The notes beneath the pieces were generated by a model. It had not been told where the DNA came from. It searched no databases and saw only the letters and a list, made by a program, of their open reading frames with translations. DNA of 15,191 nucleotides from NCBI GenBank assembly GCA_964428195.1, contig CAYRXC010000020.1, positions 1 to 15,191 on the forward strand. Direction: 5' to 3'. The DNA comes from an uncultured Muribaculaceae bacterium (GTDB lineage: Bacteria > Bacillota_I > Bacilli_A > RF39 > UBA660). Each line of letters begins with the position of its first letter. Position 1 is the stretch's first letter. The position numbers and the translations under genes are program-made. This document shows, piece by piece, positions 13,387 to 15,191 of this stretch.

Positions 13387-15191
13387 GAAATTACTAAATA
13401 TCCAAAATTAGTGTTATCTATCAGTCTAATAATTTGTTCTTCACTGTTGACGTCTACTTTATACGATATTCCTCCGTCAAAAATATTTTGAAGATATTCA
13501 AAGTTTGCACTATTTATATAAGTGTAATATTGATCTTTATCTGTAACGTCTTTTACTTCTCCATAAATTGTTTTGTCTAAGTCAACAAATATTGATGATG
13601 GATCATTTTCTGGACCAACCAGAACAAAGTTTAGGTTAAATTCTTTTTTGCAGTTATTTATTTTTTTTGAGACAAAATCCAAAATCATTTTTTGATCTAT
13701 CGAATTATTAAACAAATTTACACACTCATCTAATCCAATTATTCCTATTCCTAATAATCCATTTTTTATTGCTTTTTTTACTTTTTCGCCTTGCTTCAAT
13801 CCTTTGGAATCCATGTAAATATTTTCGCCAATTAAAAATTGAAAATCAGTTCCTCTCTTTTCACTTTGAATTAAGAACCTATCGTATAATTGCTCTGATA
13901 CTATTTCTATAATGTTTCCCAGTTCTTCAAAAAAGGATTCTTTACCGTTTTCTAGAGTCTTGTTTCTTATACCTATTCTTACAAGGTTTATATAAGTCCT
14001 AGATAAAAATCCCCTACCATTGACACTTGTTTTTTCACTTAATATGTTTTCTAATACTCTAGAACCATCAAAGAAATAAAAAACTTCCGATTCATTAGAA
14101 CCATTGTATTTTTTCATATTTAATTTGAAATCAATATTTGCAAACCCAATATTGATATCTCTCATTATTGTTTTTAATGAAAGCTCTAATAAATCAAAAT
14201 TTGGGTCATCTTTATGTTTGTTTATTCCCTTTTTCAATTTGAATACAATCCTTGGTATCGAATCTTTTTCTAAAGATAGTAATAGATTTTTAGATATCAT
14301 TTTTCCTTCAAAAGAAATATCAGTTCCAATACTAATAGTAACTTCTCTATTGATATCTTTAACTTTATAATTTATATTGTTCAAAAAATTATTCAGTGAT
14401 TTATACAATATTTTGTTTGTGTTTTCTATAGCTTTAACATACGATTTTTCTATTATCAACTTAATTTGTTCAACATCTTTAGAATACTTGTATAAATGTT
14501 TAATATCTGTAGATATGCTATCAAGCTTGAATATTTCCTTTGAAATCAATTCAAAATCAATTAGATTTAAAAATCCATTAATATCAAGAAGGTCATAAAC
14601 CTTATTAGAAAACTCTTCCTTAAATGTTTGAATTACTACATCTTTCAATACACTATCAAAATTATTTATTCCTTGATTACCATGTTGATCCTCTGCGTTT
14701 CTCTTTATTATCAAGGAAATTTGTTCCAAATATGACGGTATGTCATTGGGAGTATTATATGTCTTTTCATCGATTACTAATCCCTTTTGTAATAATTTGT
14801 CAATATCAATAACACAAGATTCTGTTGTTCCCACAGACAGATACTCTATTTTATCTATTCTAATTTGGCCGCTTTCGTGTAATCCAAAGTGATTATTTTT
14901 CAGTAAATATGCATTAGAAAACTCTTCTGAAATAATCTTTCCATAGTTATAAATAATGTCTAAGGGACATCCTGTATTTTTTTTAGACCATTCTTGCTTT
15001 AAAGTTATTTTTTCAATAGCTTTTAGTAATTTGTGTTGTTTTGGTTCAGATAAAAACATTTTTCTTGATTCTGCTCTTTTTTCTCTATAACTTGAAAAAG
15101 ATTCATAAACATCTTTATAGTTTAATTTTATGAGTATCTTTTCTATTACATCTTGTATTTCTTCAACTTTAATATACGGTTTTTCAAAATA
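13368..15191 (-). CDS. NrdD-like (class III anaerobic ribonucleotide reductase family) protein, 5'-partial, with an ATP-cone tail at the window edge; apparently non-canonical
   Basis: The frame stays open upstream of the track's Met (15059) to the window end. My translation of 15060-15191 is ...YFEKPYIKVEEIQDVIEKILIKLNYKDVYESFSSYREKRAESRK, which fits the C-terminal half of an ATP-cone. From memory, the body matches E. coli/T4 NrdD segments: SCVIDIDKLL ~ FNCMLIDLKGML; VTISIGTDISFEGKMISKNLL ~ VTFGFGLGTSWESRLIQESIL; KKGINKHKDDPNFDLLELSLK ~ RDGLNHKKGDPNYDIKQLALE; GIIGLDECVN ~ GYIGIHETIN; DQYYTYINS ~ KGYYTNSFH. See the findings for the missing catalytic elements. Confidence 0.75.
   Translation of the reverse strand, partial: YFEKPYIKVEEIQDVIEKILIKLNYKDVYESFSSYREKRAESRKMFLSEPKQHKLLKAIEKITLKQEWSKKNTGCPLDIIYNYGKIISEEFSNAYLLKNNHFGLHESGQIRIDKIEYLSVGTTESCVIDIDKLLQKGLVIDEKTYNTPNDIPSYLEQISLIIKRNAEDQHGNQGINNFDSVLKDVVIQTFKEEFSNKVYDLLDINGFLNLIDFELISKEIFKLDSISTDIKHLYKYSKDVEQIKLIIEKSYVKAIENTNKILYKSLNNFLNNINYKVKDINREVTISIGTDISFEGKMISKNLLLSLEKDSIPRIVFKLKKGINKHKDDPNFDLLELSLKTIMRDINIGFANIDFKLNMKKYNGSNESEVFYFFDGSRVLENILSEKTSVNGRGFLSRTYINLVRIGIRNKTLENGKESFFEELGNIIEIVSEQLYDRFLIQSEKRGTDFQFLIGENIYMDSKGLKQGEKVKKAIKNGLLGIGIIGLDECVNLFNNSIDQKMILDFVSKKINNCKKEFNLNFVLVGPENDPSSIFVDLDKTIYGEVKDVTDKDQYYTYINSANFEYLQNIFDGGISYKVDVNSEEQIIRLIDNTNFGYLVISKKIEE

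Noticed and set aside
1814-14812. All short ORFs in the track that lie antisense to the long genes: 1814-2038, 2287-2523, 3780-3980, 4720-4938, 5467-5760, 5774-6028, 6478-6699, 7266-7478, 9039-9293, 9908-10189, 11143-11469, 11627-11896, 11770-12000, 12138-12398, 12828-13088, 14104-14370, 14377-14598 and 14624-14812.
   Set aside because: Each lies wholly or almost wholly (a few overrun a gene boundary) inside a longer ORF on the opposite strand that has clear family motifs. Their products are low-complexity, rich in F, L, I and S as expected from reading AT-rich coding DNA backwards. I saw no convincing Shine-Dalgarno sequence in front of them.
1-15191. CRISPR arrays, tandem repeats, IS elements, tRNA or rRNA genes.
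   Set aside because: I found no regularly spaced direct repeats, no terminal inverted repeats flanking a transposase-like ORF, and no cloverleaf-compatible GC-rich segments. Homopolymer A/T runs (for example 41-49 and 3231-3239) are ordinary for this composition.

Overview
This is a very AT-rich bacterial window, with composition and Shine-Dalgarno usage typical of low-GC Firmicutes or Fusobacteria. I cannot assign a taxon from sequence alone. I support 14 protein-coding genes, 13 of them on the minus strand, and see no rRNA, tRNA, CRISPR array, transposase or integrase. All short ORFs in the track that lie antisense to these genes look like shadow ORFs.

The centre (3271-12376, minus strand) is one tightly packed ten-gene NAD+ salvage and recycling operon: pncA, pncB, a Nudix ADP-ribose pyrophosphatase, nadE, nadD, pnuC, nadR, pncC, a 663-aa orphan protein with a class I SAM-methyltransferase core, and nrtR. 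It runs from a perfect TTGACA-N17-TATAAT promoter to a 12-bp hairpin terminator.

Left of that terminator is a separate, translationally coupled two-gene cassette (122-3188). It encodes a MoxR/AAA_5-like ATPase with an unexplained N-terminal module of about 290 aa, and a zincin (HExxH) plus vWA (MIDAS DxSxS) protein of the DUF2201 type. I rank this cassette and the orphan methyltransferase fusion as the best candidates for undescribed biology.

On the right, a sugar-nucleotidyltransferase-like gene diverges from the NAD promoter region. Beyond it, an NrdD-like gene runs off the window edge. That gene keeps an ATP-cone tail but appears to lack both the catalytic thiyl cysteine and the whole Zn-ribbon/glycyl-radical C-terminus.

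All functional calls rest on motif and family recognition by eye; no searches were run.
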